From: Squalus acanthias
Lineage: Eukaryota
Length of the DNA: 64,000 nucleotides
Reading direction: 5' to 3'
Assembly (NCBI GenBank): GCA_030390025.1
Contig: CM059433.1
Span: 3,658,001-3,722,000, forward strand
The notes below the pieces were generated by a model. That model did no database searches and was not told where the DNA came from. It was given only the letters and a program-made list of their open reading frames with translations. The translations under genes and the position numbers were made by a program. This document shows, in pieces, positions 62,626 through 64,000 of this stretch (position 1 is the first letter of the stretch; the number at the start of each line of letters is the position of its first letter).

Positions 62626-63357
62626 GGGGAGCACTCTCTCGCCTCTGAGTCAGAAGGTTGTGGATTCACAGTCCCACTCCAGGGACTTAAGCACATAAAT
62701 CTAGACTGCACTGTCGGAGGGGCAGTACTGAGGGAGCGCCGCACTGTCGTAGGGGCAGTACTGAGGGAGCGCCGCACTGTCGTAGGGGCAGTACTGAGGG
62801 AGCGCCGCACTGTCGGAGGGGCAGTACTGAGTGAGGGCCAGTGTCAGAGGGGCAGTGCTGAGGGAGAGCCGCACTGTCGGAGGGTCAGTACTGAGGGAGC
62901 GCTGCACTGTCGGAGGGGCAGTACTGAGGGAGAGCCGCACTGTCGGAGGGTCATTACTGAGGGAGCGCTGCACTGTCGGAGGGGCAGTACTGAGGGAGCG
63001 CTGCACTGATGGAGGGTCAGTATTGAGGGAGTGCTGCACTGTCTGAGGTGCCATCTTTCAGATGAGATGTTAAACAGAGTCTGCGCTCTCAGGTGAACGT
63101 AAAAGATCCCATGGCACTATTTCGAAGAAGAGCAGGGGAGTTATCCCCGGTGTCCTGGGGTCAATATTTATTCCTCAATCAACATAACAAAAACAGATTA
63201 TCTGGCCATTATCACATTGCTGTTTGTGGGAGCTTGCTGTGCGCAAATTGGCTGCCACGTTTCCCACATTACAACAGTGACTCCCCTTCAAAAGTACTTC
63301 ATTGGCTGTAAAGCGCTTTGAGACGTCCGGTGGTCGTGAAAGGCGCTGTAGAAATGA
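62626..63357 (+). mobile_element. DeuSINE with internal 33-bp tandem amplification (62708-63050, about 10 units)
   Basis: Same family as 7959 and 29152; unit GCACTGTCGGAGGGGCAGTACTGAGGGAGCGCC. Confidence 0.88.
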
Positions 63358-64000
63358 ATCCAGCACCGTGCACTTCCTAAAAAAAAGTTGTCATCATGCG
63401 GCTTCCCCTGGTCAGAACCACCTGGCTTCCTCTAATCGCTGTGTCTGTGTGGCAGTTGATGACTCATCTTGAATTTTTCTCCCATTCACTTGGGTTTTGC
63501 CACGTTATGTCCTCTCTTCCATCTGTCTATCTTCACAGCAATGACGTTCACTACTCATCATTCACCCTTACCCACCCTGGCAGATGGTTCCACTCCACAT
63601 TCATTAACTTCCTTCACATTACACATTCTCGATGCTCAGAACCTCTGGCCCGCTCACGGTACAAGGGCTGAATTACAGCATGTTGATACCCTCCATGTGT
63701 TTCTTTGAATTCTTCCACACACACACCGGCTAAATATAACCTAGCCCGCCCAGTGGGAAAATGATGACTGGCATTGGATCAGTCGCCTGTTGTACACCTA
63801 CTCTGCTTTTATTCTGCAGTAAAGTCAATGGAAAGTAAAATCGGGTTGGGCGGGTTAGTTTAAAATGACCCCCAATGTCTTTATGACCCTTGTAAATTTA
63901 ACACCTTGCAACAGCTACAGTTCTTGCTTTTGATCATTAACACACATTCTCCATCCATCAATGTTCTTCGTTCCAGTGAGGTCAGAGCAGATTGTGAGGT

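Overview
Vertebrate genomic DNA, almost certainly from a cartilaginous fish (shark-type CR1, L2, DeuSINE, Harbinger and Penelope repeats). The only host gene is TRIB2 (Tribbles pseudokinase 2) on the minus strand: three coding exons (60604-60332, 59880-59588, 48577-48103; 346 aa), a CpG/CCAAT promoter near 61.9 kb and a probable ~1.9 kb 3' UTR. The ~45 kb downstream of it contains no recognisable host gene and is densely filled with nested transposons: a near-full-length CR1 LINE, many CR1/L2 fragments, SINEs, a decayed two-gene Harbinger (DDE transposase plus Myb/SANT partner) with related MITEs, and a hAT element in TRIB2 intron 2. The most notable observations are (i) three diverged ~1.7 kb solo LTRs sharing an E2F-TATA promoter, a splice donor upstream of the poly(A) signal and a covarying U5 hairpin; (ii) Penelope-type palindromic inserts carrying back-to-back minimal hammerhead ribozyme motifs; (iii) a 2.3 kb G-quadruplex-prone satellite that appears to have grown out of a Harbinger subterminal motif; and (iv) an LF-SINE-like copy. 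Family names come from my recall of consensus sequences, not from database searches. Boundaries lacking a TSD are approximate.
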